Source of the DNA: Candidatus Omnitrophota bacterium
GTDB lineage: Bacteria > Omnitrophota > Gorgyraeia > Gygaellales > Profunditerraquicolaceae
Assembly: GCA_028712255.1 (NCBI GenBank)
Contig: JAQTQJ010000001.1
Span: 12,366 to 76,365, forward strand
Length of the DNA: 64,000 nt
Direction of reading: 5' to 3'
Below are positions 43,720 to 52,711 of this stretch, piece by piece; the stretch's first letter is position 1, and each line of letters begins with the position of its first letter. The notes beneath the pieces were generated by a model. That model did not search any database. It had not been told where the DNA came from and saw only the letters and a program-made list of their open reading frames with translations. Made by a program: the position numbers and the translations under genes.

Positions 43720-45809
43720 AAATACTGCAAATATTACCTGAGCTTAGTGTAGGGGGAGTTGAAACTGGTACATTAGATCTCTCCAAATATTTGGTGCGCC
43801 TGGGGCATAAGTCAGTAGTTGTTTCTGCCGGCGGTTCCTTAGTTAAAGAGTTGGAAACTGCCGGCGGTAAACATTATACGCTGGCAGTAAATAAAAAATC
43901 CATTATCTCAATTTTTAAATTAATTCCGGTATTGGCAGAAATAATTAAAAAAGAAGAGATTGATATCGTGCATGCCCGCTCTAGGGTCCCTGCTTGGATT
44001 GCCTATTTTGCCTGTCGAAAGACTAAAGCGGTATTTATTACTACCTGTCACGGTTATTACAAAAAACATTTTTTTAGCTCGGTAATGGGCTGGGCAAAAA
44101 GGGTGATTGTTTTAAGTAATGTGATTGCCAGGCATATGATTGAAGATTTCTCTGTGCCGCATGAGCGCATTAGGCTTGTGCCGCGCAGTGTGGATTTGGA
44201 AAGATTCAAATATCTTGATCCTAAAGCAAAAAGGAAAGAAGATTTTAATGTCGCAATAATTGGCAGGATTACTCCTTTAAAAGGGCATCTGCATTTTATT
44301 AAGGCTATGGCGCGAATTTCTAGGTTTTTACCGCGGCTCAAGATTTGGATTGTAGGTGATGCTCCTGCATCCAAGGAGGCGTATAAAGAAGAGGTTCAGG
44401 TTTTGGTGCGACGCTTAGGGCTTTGGCATTGCACGGAATTTCTGGGTACGCAACGGGATATTCCCGGAATACTCGCCCATTTAGATTTGGTGGTTTTAGC
44501 CACAACAACTCATGAGGCTTTTGGAAGAGTGGTTGTTGAGGCGATGGCTGCCGGGGTTCCGGTAGTTGCTACTAAAGTCGGTGGTGTAGTCGATATTATT
44601 GAAGACGGCAAAAACGGCCTCTTAGTACCTCCGGCAGATTCTAAAAGCATGGCAGATGCTGTAATGCGTATTTTTAAGGATGTGGAATTAGCTGTTCAGC
44701 TGGCAGAGAATGCTTACTTAAAAGTTAAAGAGAAATATAACGTAGAATTGATGGTTAAGAATACGCTGGATGTTTATCGCGACGCAATAAGTAATTTTAA
44801 AATACTGATTATCAAATTTAGTTCTTTAGGGGATATAATTCTGACTACGGCGGCATTAAGGGCAATCCGGGAGAAATTCAATAAAGAAAATTTTAAAATA
44901 AGTTTTTTGACTTCCGAAGGATCCAAGGATATTCTTTTGAGAAGCCCTTATATTGATGAGTTATTGGTTTGCGATTTGAAAAATAAGGATAAAGGTGTAA
45001 CTGGTTTATTGGGAGTTGGGAAAATTTTAAGAAATAAGAATTTTGATATCGTTATTGATTTGCAGAATAGCCGTAGAAGCCACCTGTTGGCTTATTTAAG
45101 CGGTTGTATTAATCGTTATGGTTATAGTAATAAGAAGTTTGCTTTTTTACTTAATCATACTGTTGAAAACCAGAAGTCTCCAATTGACCCGGTAACTCAT
45201 CAGTTTCGAATCTTAAAGATGCTCGGGATTGACCTTTTGGATAACCGCCTGGAAATTTGGCCTTCTGGCGAAGACGTAAAAGCAGTAGATGAACTTTTGA
45301 ATGCTCAATGGTTGAGCCAGGCTCAGAAGATTGTAGGAATTAATCTTAGCGCATCCAGAAGATGGATCACCAAACGTTGGCCGCTGGAGCATTTGATTCG
45401 TTTGTGTGAAGAACTGGAATTAAAAGATATTCGGGTAATTGTTACTGGTACTCAAGATGATTTGCCTTTTGCGAATATGCTTTTTAGTTCTTTGAAGAAT
45501 ACCAAGATTATTAATGCCTGCGGTAAAACTACTATAAATGAGTTGGCGGCCTTGATTAAGAAGTGCCAGGTATTTATATCTGTAGATTCTTTTCCTTTGC
45601 ACATTGCTTCTGCAGTTGGCACTGCATTTATTGCTTTATTCGGGCCAACTGACCATCACCGGCATCTGCCGCCTGGTAAAGATTATACTGTGATTAACAA
45701 AGGCTTAAATTGCAGTCCCTGTTACAAAACTAAATGCCGCTCTAAGCGTTGTATGATTGCAATCAGTCCTGATGAAGTATTGGAAGCAGTGGAGAAGTTA
45801 TTAAAATAA
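43716..45809 (+). CDS. glycosyltransferase family 4 fused to family 9 (heptosyltransferase-like) domain
   Basis: N-term ILPELSVGGVETGTLDL (GT4) ... C-term FKILIIKFSSLGDIILTTAALRAI (GT9). Confidence 0.65.
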   Translation: MKILQILPELSVGGVETGTLDLSKYLVRLGHKSVVVSAGGSLVKELETAGGKHYTLAVNKKSIISIFKLIPVLAEIIKKEEIDIVHARSRVPAWIAYFACRKTKAVFITTCHGYYKKHFFSSVMGWAKRVIVLSNVIARHMIEDFSVPHERIRLVPRSVDLERFKYLDPKAKRKEDFNVAIIGRITPLKGHLHFIKAMARISRFLPRLKIWIVGDAPASKEAYKEEVQVLVRRLGLWHCTEFLGTQRDIPGILAHLDLVVLATTTHEAFGRVVVEAMAAGVPVVATKVGGVVDIIEDGKNGLLVPPADSKSMADAVMRIFKDVELAVQLAENAYLKVKEKYNVELMVKNTLDVYRDAISNFKILIIKFSSLGDIILTTAALRAIREKFNKENFKISFLTSEGSKDILLRSPYIDELLVCDLKNKDKGVTGLLGVGKILRNKNFDIVIDLQNSRRSHLLAYLSGCINRYGYSNKKFAFLLNHTVENQKSPIDPVTHQFRILKMLGIDLLDNRLEIWPSGEDVKAVDELLNAQWLSQAQKIVGINLSASRRWITKRWPLEHLIRLCEELELKDIRVIVTGTQDDLPFANMLFSSLKNTKIINACGKTTINELAALIKKCQVFISVDSFPLHIASAVGTAFIALFGPTDHHRHLPPGKDYTVINKGLNCSPCYKTKCRSKRCMIAISPDEVLEAVEKLLK

Positions 45810-45881
45810 ACTCTGTACCTTCAGATATTCAGTTTTAAAAGGTAGAGGGTTTCAAAGAATTAGTAAAGGAGAAGGTGCGAG

Positions 45882-46970
45882 GTGAACATACTTTTCATCG
45901 CTAACCATCTTAACGTAGGAGGGGTATCTAGCTATTTGTTTACTTTAGCTAGCGAATTAAAACAAAATGGCTTTAATGTTTATGTGGCCTCAAGCGGTGG
46001 CCAATTAGTTGAGAAATTTGTTGCTTCAGGTATAGTTCATATAAAAGTTTCCCTAAGGACGAAAAATGAGCTTAGCCCTAAGATCATTTTTAGTTTCTTT
46101 AAATTAAGAAAAGAGGCCAAGAGATTAAAAATTGATTTGATACATTCTAATAGCCGCACTACTCAGGTTTTAGGAAATTTATTAAGCCGCGCTTTGGGTA
46201 TCCCGCATGTCTTTACCTGCCATGGATTTTTTAAACCCAAGCTATCGCGGCTGTTGTTTCCCTGCTGGGGTGAAGGTGTGATTGCTATAAGCCAGGAGGT
46301 CAAAGAGCATTTAATAGCCGATCTTAAACTAGATGAAAAAAAGATAAGCGTAATAAATAATGGTATTGATACTAATAATTTTGGAGATTTTTCAGCAAGA
46401 AAGAAGGTGCGTAAAGATTTAAGTATAGGCCAGGAGCCTTTGGTTGGTATTATTGCCCGCTTATCCGATGTCAAAGGCCATGTCTACCTTATTCGGGCGA
46501 TGAAAAAAGTTATGATGAGTTTTGCCTCTGTTAAGTTGTTGATTATCGGTGAAGGCAAGATGAAAGAAATATTAATTAAAGAGGTGGAGGCCCTGGATAT
46601 TAAGAACAATATTTTGTTTATTCCTGAAGCCAGGGTAAGCCAGGAGTTACTTGGGGCAATGGATATTTTTGTTATGCCTTCATTACAGGAGGGATTGGGC
46701 TTAGCACTTATGGAGGCGATGGCTCAGGGGCTTGCTGTGATAGGCTCGAAGGTCGGAGGGATTAAAACTTTAATTCAGGACGCAGTTAATGGCTTATTAA
46801 TTGAGCCGGCTGATGTTGAAGGTTTAACTGCGGCAATCATAAGATTGCTTGCTGATAGTAATTTACGCCGTTCTTTAGGAGTAAACGCGCGTAAATTTAT
46901 TATCGACAATTTTTCTAAAGAAAAAATGGTTGATAATACGCTAAGGGTCTATAATCAATGTCTAAAATAA
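45882..46970 (+). CDS. glycosyltransferase family 4 (GTG start)
   Basis: NHLNVGGVSSY start and E-x7-E C-terminal motif region (EGLGLALMEAMA). Confidence 0.75.
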   Translation: MNILFIANHLNVGGVSSYLFTLASELKQNGFNVYVASSGGQLVEKFVASGIVHIKVSLRTKNELSPKIIFSFFKLRKEAKRLKIDLIHSNSRTTQVLGNLLSRALGIPHVFTCHGFFKPKLSRLLFPCWGEGVIAISQEVKEHLIADLKLDEKKISVINNGIDTNNFGDFSARKKVRKDLSIGQEPLVGIIARLSDVKGHVYLIRAMKKVMMSFASVKLLIIGEGKMKEILIKEVEALDIKNNILFIPEARVSQELLGAMDIFVMPSLQEGLGLALMEAMAQGLAVIGSKVGGIKTLIQDAVNGLLIEPADVEGLTAAIIRLLADSNLRRSLGVNARKFIIDNFSKEKMVDNTLRVYNQCLK

Positions 46971-47743
46971 AAAAATTAATTGTTGTTTTTTTCTTGGCAA
47001 TTACCGTAGCCTTTCTTATCTGGCTGCGTGGCCAGTATATATTGCCGATCGTGATGTATCATTCGGTTACTCCGGAGGCTAGAGTGGAGAATCGCCTCCA
47101 GGTCTCCGATACTTTATTTAAACGCCAAATGGAATTTTTAAAAAGCCATCATTACAATGTGGTTTCATTGGAGGATGCAGGCAGGATGATTAAGGAACAC
47201 GGGAAAGTTCCTGCTAAAACCATTGCCATAACTTTTGATGATGGTTACGAGGATAATTACATCTACGCCTATCCGGTTTTAAAAAAACTTAAGATTCCGG
47301 CGACAATATTTGTTATTGTTAATCGAATTAAGGTGGGCCCTGGTAAGGATATTTTAAGTTGGGATCAGATTAAGGAAATGCAAGCATCCGGTTTGATTAC
47401 TTTTGGTAGCCATACTTTAGACCATGCATATTTGCCCGAAGTTAAATCTGAGGAAGAATTGAGAAGGCAGATATTTGAGTCTAAAAAAACACTTGAGGAA
47501 AAGTTAGGCGTTCCGATTAATACTTTCTGTTATCCGGCGGGTAGATTTGACGCGCATGTAAGAGATTTAGTCGCTCAGGCAGGATATAAATTGGCGGTTG
47601 CTACTGGCCTTGGTAAGAGGTTTTCTAATCAGGATGTGTATTTAATTAAAAGAGTACGTATTTCTGAAACGGATAATCTTTTTGATTTTTGGGTAAAAAC
47701 CAGCGGTTATTATAATTCATTTCGTAACCATAATACTAGATGA
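46958..47743 (+). CDS. polysaccharide deacetylase (CE4)
   Basis: ITFDDGYEDNY and HTLDH motifs. Confidence 0.75.
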   Translation: MSKIKKLIVVFFLAITVAFLIWLRGQYILPIVMYHSVTPEARVENRLQVSDTLFKRQMEFLKSHHYNVVSLEDAGRMIKEHGKVPAKTIAITFDDGYEDNYIYAYPVLKKLKIPATIFVIVNRIKVGPGKDILSWDQIKEMQASGLITFGSHTLDHAYLPEVKSEEELRRQIFESKKTLEEKLGVPINTFCYPAGRFDAHVRDLVAQAGYKLAVATGLGKRFSNQDVYLIKRVRISETDNLFDFWVKTSGYYNSFRNHNTR

Positions 47744-48777
47744 ATAAAAAGCATTCTGAAAAACGTATCCTAATTTTTAATGTTAATTGGCTTGGAGATG
47801 TTTTGTTTTCCAGTGCCGCGATCAGGAATATTCGCAGGAACTATCCGCAAGCCTACCTTGCCTGTATAATCCCCAGCCGTTGTTATCAGATACTAAAAGA
47901 TAATCCTTATTTAGATGAGGTAATCATTTTTGATGAGAGGGATAGGCATAAAGGGGTGATTTCTAAGCTTAGTTTTATTAGCCTGCTTAAAAGCAAAAAA
48001 TTTGATACTGTATTTTTATTGCATCGATCATTTACGCGCGCCCTTATTTGCCGGCTTGCCGGAATTCCTGAGAGGATTGGGCATTATACGAAGAAGCGTT
48101 CTTTTCTTCTGACTAAAAAAATCATTCCACCCAAAAGAGATTCACTGCACCGCATAGATTATTATCTGGATGTGATTGAAAAAGCGGGCCTGCGGATTGA
48201 AGACAGATACCTGGATTTCTTCTTTACATCTTTAGATGAGGAGTATGTTGAGAATTTTTTAAATAAAAATTCTATTGGTAAAAGTGATTTTTTAGTAGCA
48301 ATAAACCCCGGAGGCAACTGGCTGCCTAAGCGCTGGCCCGTCGATTATTGGGCGCAGCTAGCCGATAAATTAATCAATGAATTGGGTTTAAGAGTAATAA
48401 TCACCGGTAGCGCTGCTGATTCAAAGTTAGCACTTCAAATTAAAGAAAGAATGAAGGAACTCCCATTAATTGTTTGTGGGGCTTTCAATATCAAGCAGCT
48501 CGGCGTACTGGCAAAAAGGGCAGATTTGTTCATTACTGCCGATACTGGTCCAATGCATATTGCCAATGCCGTAGGGTGCAAAAATATAATTGCAATTTTT
48601 GGGCCAACATCCAAAGAAGTTACTGGGCCGTATCCTGCTAATAATGTCGTTATACTGCAAAAGGATGCAGGTTGTCCTATACCGTGTTATAAGCTAAATT
48701 GTCAGGACAGGCGTTGTATGAAGGCGGTCACTCCCAGTGATGTTTTGGCAGAAGTTAAGAAAATAAGAAAGCTATGA
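47740..48777 (+). CDS. glycosyltransferase family 9 (ADP-heptose:LPS heptosyltransferase-like)
   Basis: RILIFNVNWLGDVLFSSAAIRNI and GPMHIANAVG motifs. Confidence 0.75.
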   Translation: MNKKHSEKRILIFNVNWLGDVLFSSAAIRNIRRNYPQAYLACIIPSRCYQILKDNPYLDEVIIFDERDRHKGVISKLSFISLLKSKKFDTVFLLHRSFTRALICRLAGIPERIGHYTKKRSFLLTKKIIPPKRDSLHRIDYYLDVIEKAGLRIEDRYLDFFFTSLDEEYVENFLNKNSIGKSDFLVAINPGGNWLPKRWPVDYWAQLADKLINELGLRVIITGSAADSKLALQIKERMKELPLIVCGAFNIKQLGVLAKRADLFITADTGPMHIANAVGCKNIIAIFGPTSKEVTGPYPANNVVILQKDAGCPIPCYKLNCQDRRCMKAVTPSDVLAEVKKIRKL

Positions 48778-50861
48778 AAATACTTTTTATAACTTTAAGT
48801 AATATTGGAGATTGTGTTTTGACCCTGCCGGTTTTAGACGCCTTGCGCCAGGAGTATCCGCAGTCTAGGATTACCTGCCTTGTACCTGAGCGCCCTAAAG
48901 AGATCTTTATTAATAATCCTGTAATTGAGAATGTTGTTATTTTTGATAAACATGCCAAATTAATCGATAAGATTAAGTTATTTATTTCTTTAAGCAAGGA
49001 GAAATTTGATTTAGTTATCGATATGCGTAATAGTTTTTTTGGAGTTTTTCTACCTGCTAAAAAAAAGAGTACGCCTTTACGTATAATTCCTTCTAGGATT
49101 AAACATATGAAGGACAGGCATCTTTTTTGGGCGGGTTTTACCGATTATTCTTATAAGAATAAAGATTACCAATCATTGGTTATTACTCCTGGAGATTTTG
49201 ATTATGTCGATAATATCTTTAATGGGCAGGGACTAGCTAAAAGTGAAAAATTGATTGTAGTTGCGCCTGGTTCTAGAAGCCAGGTTAAATGCTGGGATAA
49301 GCATAATTTTAGCCAACTTTGTAACCAGCTTAAAAAAGAGGGCAAGGATATAGTTTTAGTTGGAGACAAAGGCGATCAATCTATATGTTCATATGTGCAA
49401 CAAAATTCTTCTCCTGGAATTTTTAACCTTTGTGCAAGGACAACGCTAGGGCAACTTGGCGCTTTGTTAAAAAAATCCCAGCTTTTAATTACCAATGATA
49501 GCGCAGTGATGCATTTGGCAAGTTATTTGAATGTTCCTGTTGCTGCTATCTTTGGGCCGACGGATGAAAAGAAATATGGGCCTTGGTCGCAGAAGAGCAT
49601 AGTTATAAAGAAGGATATCTTCTGTCGTCCCTGTGAAAAAGCGCAATGCCATTTTGGTACACTGGCTTGTTTGAGTTGTATAAAGCCGCTAGATGTGTTA
49701 AAGCAGATTAAATCCTTATTGTGTCATTGCGAGGAGTCCGCCATTGGTTCAGTGGCGGACGACGCCTGCCCGCCAACGGTTCAGTGGCGGGAAGCAATCT
49801 TTGCAACTAAAAGATTAAAGGAAAAAAGTAAACAATACCGCAGGATTCTTATTGCACGCACTGATCGTATCGGGGACGTGCTTTTATCTACGCCGGTAAT
49901 CTATGCTTTGAGGAAAAAATTTCCACAGGCATATATTTCTATGATGGTTGCCCCTTATGCTTTGGATATTATAGAAGGTAACCCTTATCTGGATGAGGTT
50001 ATTATTTATGATAAAGACCAAAAACATAAGAGTTGGTGGCGTTCTTTTAAATTTTCTAATAGGCTTAAGAAGAAAAAATTTGATTTGGCAATTATTTTAC
50101 ATCCGACAAACCGGCTACATTTAATAACTTTTTTAGCCGGAATTCCGCATCGACTGGGTTATGATTGTAAACTTGGTTTTTTGCTTAATCTGCGCAAAAT
50201 TCATACAAAGCAGGAGGGTTTGCGGCATGAGGCAGAATATAATTTGGATTTAATTTCTGAATTAGGTATAGCCGGTAATCCAGAAGATTTATTTATGCCC
50301 ATTAAAAAGGAATCAGAGCAATATGTCGAGGAGCTGTTTAGAAAAGAAGGTATTAGTAAGACAGATAAAATATTAGCGATTAATCCTGGAGCAAGCTGCC
50401 CTTCAAAGATTTGGCCACATGAGCGTTTTGCGCAAGTTGCCGAAAAGCTATCTAAACGATATGATTTTAAAATTCTGATTCTAGCCGGGCCAAAAGAAAT
50501 GTATTTAGCAGATAAGATTGCCCATGAAATTAAAGATAAGGTGGTAAATCTGGCAGGGAGGACTTCAATAAGCCAGTTAGCCAGCATCCTTAAAAGGTGC
50601 ACCCTATTTATTTCTAATGATTCCGGTCCGGTGCATATCGCTTGCGCCTTAGGCACGCCGGTTATCTCAATTTTTGGCCGTAATCAAGCAGGCCTTAGCC
50701 CGCGGCGCTGGGGGCCTTTGGGCAAACATGGGAAATATCTGCACAAGGATGTAGGCTGTATTCAGTGCCTGGCGCATAATTGTAAAAAAGAATTCACCTG
50801 CCTTAAGGCAATCAGCGTTGATGATGTAGTCTGTGCCGCTGAATCGATTTTAAATAGGTAG
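48774..50861 (+). CDS. tandem double GT9 heptosyltransferase-like protein with a nested-palindrome repeat copy in the linker
   Basis: two complete GT9 units (ILFITLSNIGDCVLTLP... and ILIARTDRIGDVLLSTP...) joined in frame across the repeat at 49720-49800. Confidence 0.6.
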   Translation: MKILFITLSNIGDCVLTLPVLDALRQEYPQSRITCLVPERPKEIFINNPVIENVVIFDKHAKLIDKIKLFISLSKEKFDLVIDMRNSFFGVFLPAKKKSTPLRIIPSRIKHMKDRHLFWAGFTDYSYKNKDYQSLVITPGDFDYVDNIFNGQGLAKSEKLIVVAPGSRSQVKCWDKHNFSQLCNQLKKEGKDIVLVGDKGDQSICSYVQQNSSPGIFNLCARTTLGQLGALLKKSQLLITNDSAVMHLASYLNVPVAAIFGPTDEKKYGPWSQKSIVIKKDIFCRPCEKAQCHFGTLACLSCIKPLDVLKQIKSLLCHCEESAIGSVADDACPPTVQWREAIFATKRLKEKSKQYRRILIARTDRIGDVLLSTPVIYALRKKFPQAYISMMVAPYALDIIEGNPYLDEVIIYDKDQKHKSWWRSFKFSNRLKKKKFDLAIILHPTNRLHLITFLAGIPHRLGYDCKLGFLLNLRKIHTKQEGLRHEAEYNLDLISELGIAGNPEDLFMPIKKESEQYVEELFRKEGISKTDKILAINPGASCPSKIWPHERFAQVAEKLSKRYDFKILILAGPKEMYLADKIAHEIKDKVVNLAGRTSISQLASILKRCTLFISNDSGPVHIACALGTPVISIFGRNQAGLSPRRWGPLGKHGKYLHKDVGCIQCLAHNCKKEFTCLKAISVDDVVCAAESILNR
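49720..49800. repeat. nested-palindrome element, left half with duplicated GC hairpin, inside CDS
   Basis: gtgtcattgcgaggagtccgccattggttcagtggcggacgacgcctgcccgccaacggttcagtggcgggaagcaatct. Confidence 0.8.
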
Positions 50862-50900
50862 TTACCAACAGCGCCTTGTTTTTTAGCTAGTAGTTGTTTC

Positions 50901-51224
50901 ATGGGTGGAGAAGTTTATAGGGTTTTAGTGGGGGCGAATATGAACGTTAAGAAAATCATAGCTAGAGAGGGTTTGATTCTATTGGGAATCGTAGTCTTGG
51001 GACTGATTGTGTATTTTATAAGTAGGCACTTAAATGACATTTATTTGAGGGGACATTGGGAGGCTAAATTTAAAGTTATAAAAAATATGAAATATTCCTT
51101 GATAGGTTATACCCCATATATAAGAATGATGTCTTTGGGTTTAAATATAGCTGTATTTGGTTATCCTGTTGTTGCTCTTATCCGTTTTATCCTCTGGTCG
51201 GCAAGGATATTAAGGGAAAAATAA
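50901..51224 (+). CDS. small hypothetical membrane protein
   Basis: two predicted TM helices, 107 aa. Confidence 0.3.
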   Translation: MGGEVYRVLVGANMNVKKIIAREGLILLGIVVLGLIVYFISRHLNDIYLRGHWEAKFKVIKNMKYSLIGYTPYIRMMSLGLNIAVFGYPVVALIRFILWSARILREK

Positions 51225-51245
51225 GATTAAAAACGAAAGAAATAA

Positions 51246-51266
51246 AAGGGGACGGTTCTATTTTTA
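51246..51266. repeat. solo half-copy of GGGGACGG hairpin family (AGGGGACGGTTCTATTTTT without partner arm)
   Basis: 19/19 identical to left arm of hairpin at 31357. Confidence 0.6.
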
Positions 51267-51275
51267 GTAAAATTA

Positions 51276-51316
51276 TTGTTAGATCTTGTTACCTCCTACG
51301 TCTATTGCAACAGGAG
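51276..51316 (+). promoter_or_regulatory. conserved motif TGTTAGAT-N14-CGTCTATTGCAACAGGAGG (copy 4 of 4), upstream of ORF6N gene
   Basis: seen in sequence; contains ACCTCCT...AGGAGGT inverted repeat overlapping the RBS. Confidence 0.5.
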
Positions 51317-51323
51317 GTAAAAG

Positions 51324-51839
51324 ATGAAAATTATTATTCCGGATGAAGTAATTGAGCAAAAGATATTCTTGATACGTGGACACAAAGTTATGTTGAGTAA
51401 TCATCTTGCTCAGCTTTACGGAGTTAGTACTAGCGCATTGACGCAGGCAGTTAGGCGTAATATTGAAAGATTCCCTGAAGATTTTATGTTTTTATTGAAG
51501 CGGGAAGAAATTATGAACTTATCACAATTTGTGATAAGTTCTAAACTAAAACATGCTCCTAATGTTTATGCTTTTACTGAACAAGGAGTGGCAATGCTCT
51601 CAAGCGTTTTACGTAGTAAAAAGGCTATACATGTCAATATCGCCATTATGCGGGCATTTGTGAAACTACGTCAGATTCTATCTTCGCATAAGGAATTAAT
51701 ACATAAATTAGAAGAGTTGGAGCAAAGAATTGGAAAGCATGATGCAGCAATAAAGGATATTTTTGGAGTGATCCGTCAACTAATGGAACCGCCTAGTCTA
51801 AAAGAAAAAGTAATAGAAGGTTTTCGTGCTCCAAAGTAG
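51324..51839 (+). CDS. ORF6N domain protein (phage antirepressor/KilA-N-related)
   Basis: IIPDEVIEQKIFLIRGHKVMLSNHLAQLYGVSTSALTQAVRRNIERFPEDFMF is the characteristic ORF6N N-terminus. Confidence 0.6.
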   Translation: MKIIIPDEVIEQKIFLIRGHKVMLSNHLAQLYGVSTSALTQAVRRNIERFPEDFMFLLKREEIMNLSQFVISSKLKHAPNVYAFTEQGVAMLSSVLRSKKAIHVNIAIMRAFVKLRQILSSHKELIHKLEELEQRIGKHDAAIKDIFGVIRQLMEPPSLKEKVIEGFRAPK

Positions 51840-51901
51840 GATTTCAAATAAGCTTTTGAAAGTGTCAAGAAGGATCACTTAGGGATAAAAGATAGAATAC
51901 T

Positions 51902-52378
51902 TTATGGTGTGTGTTTTTGAAGACCCGCTATCCCTATTAGTATAGCGATAATACCAAGAGCTACTGGTATAAAAAATAATAGAAATTTAAAATGGGAGCG
52001 CATAGTTTTTACTTCGGTATCGTTATCTTTAATTATGTTTTCTAACCCTGAAATCTTTTTATTGAGTTCATTAATTTCTTTAAGGGCGTTATCTCTTTCT
52101 ATAGTAATTTGAGTATTGTTTGGATGTGTATGGAGATAATTAAGTATTTTTGTTATTGTTTCACTCAAGCTAATTATACCTTTTCCATAAATCTCAAATC
52201 CGTCAATTATCCAATTAAAGAATCCTAATAACCCCCAAATTACTACTATGGTAGAAGACGTAAATACAGATGCTAATAAAAACAACCTCAACGAGGAGTA
52301 CATGGGGATAATTGTAATTACAATCCAAATGATTACTAGAATAATAAAAATTATTGGTTTCGGTGGTTTTATTTTCAT
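51902..52378 (-). CDS. hypothetical membrane protein (2 N-terminal TM helices, coiled coil, C-terminal TM helix)
   Basis: 158 aa on opposite strand to all neighbours. Confidence 0.35.
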   Translation of the reverse strand: MKIKPPKPIIFIILVIIWIVITIIPMYSSLRLFLLASVFTSSTIVVIWGLLGFFNWIIDGFEIYGKGIISLSETITKILNYLHTHPNNTQITIERDNALKEINELNKKISGLENIIKDNDTEVKTMRSHFKFLLFFIPVALGIIAILIGIAGLQKHTP

Positions 52379-52494
52379 TCCTTAATTATACTCTTAAAAA
52401 ATGATTATACCAAGGAAAAAAGTTGGTATATTTTTGATATTGTGAAACAGATGAGAAGATGGAATAAATAGGAATGTTTTTTATTCTAACGGAT

Positions 52495-52644
52495 GGCGAG
52501 CCTTGGTTTCTGGCAGCATCTCAAAAATTCGAGCGGGCACGGTTGCCCGCAATAAATGTCCCGGCAGAGCGAGAATTTTTGCCGAAGCGAAGATTTTCCA
52601 CGCTGGGGAAAATCGAGCGGTGCGGCCAGAAACCAAGGCTCGAC
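52495..52644. other. GC-rich structured element: 20-bp terminal inverted repeat GGCGAGCCTTGGTTTCTGGC / GCCAGAAACCAAGGCTCGAC enclosing three internal hairpins; candidate ncRNA or MITE
   Basis: seen in sequence; internal hairpins GCGGGCAcggtTGCCCGC and GATTTTCCacgctggGGAAAATC; GC content far above local average. Confidence 0.4.
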
Positions 52645-52711
52645 AGGACCCGCGTAAGCATCATAAATATCTATTTGATTTAGCGCTAAATTATGATAAA
52701 ATCATTTCTCT

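Noticed and set aside
5462-49800. Possibility that the recurring GTCATTGCGAGG repeats form a CRISPR array
   Set aside because: Copies are widely scattered at irregular intervals of 0.5-11 kb, lie between and inside genes, are individually palindromic and nested, and have no regularly sized spacers and no cas genes nearby.
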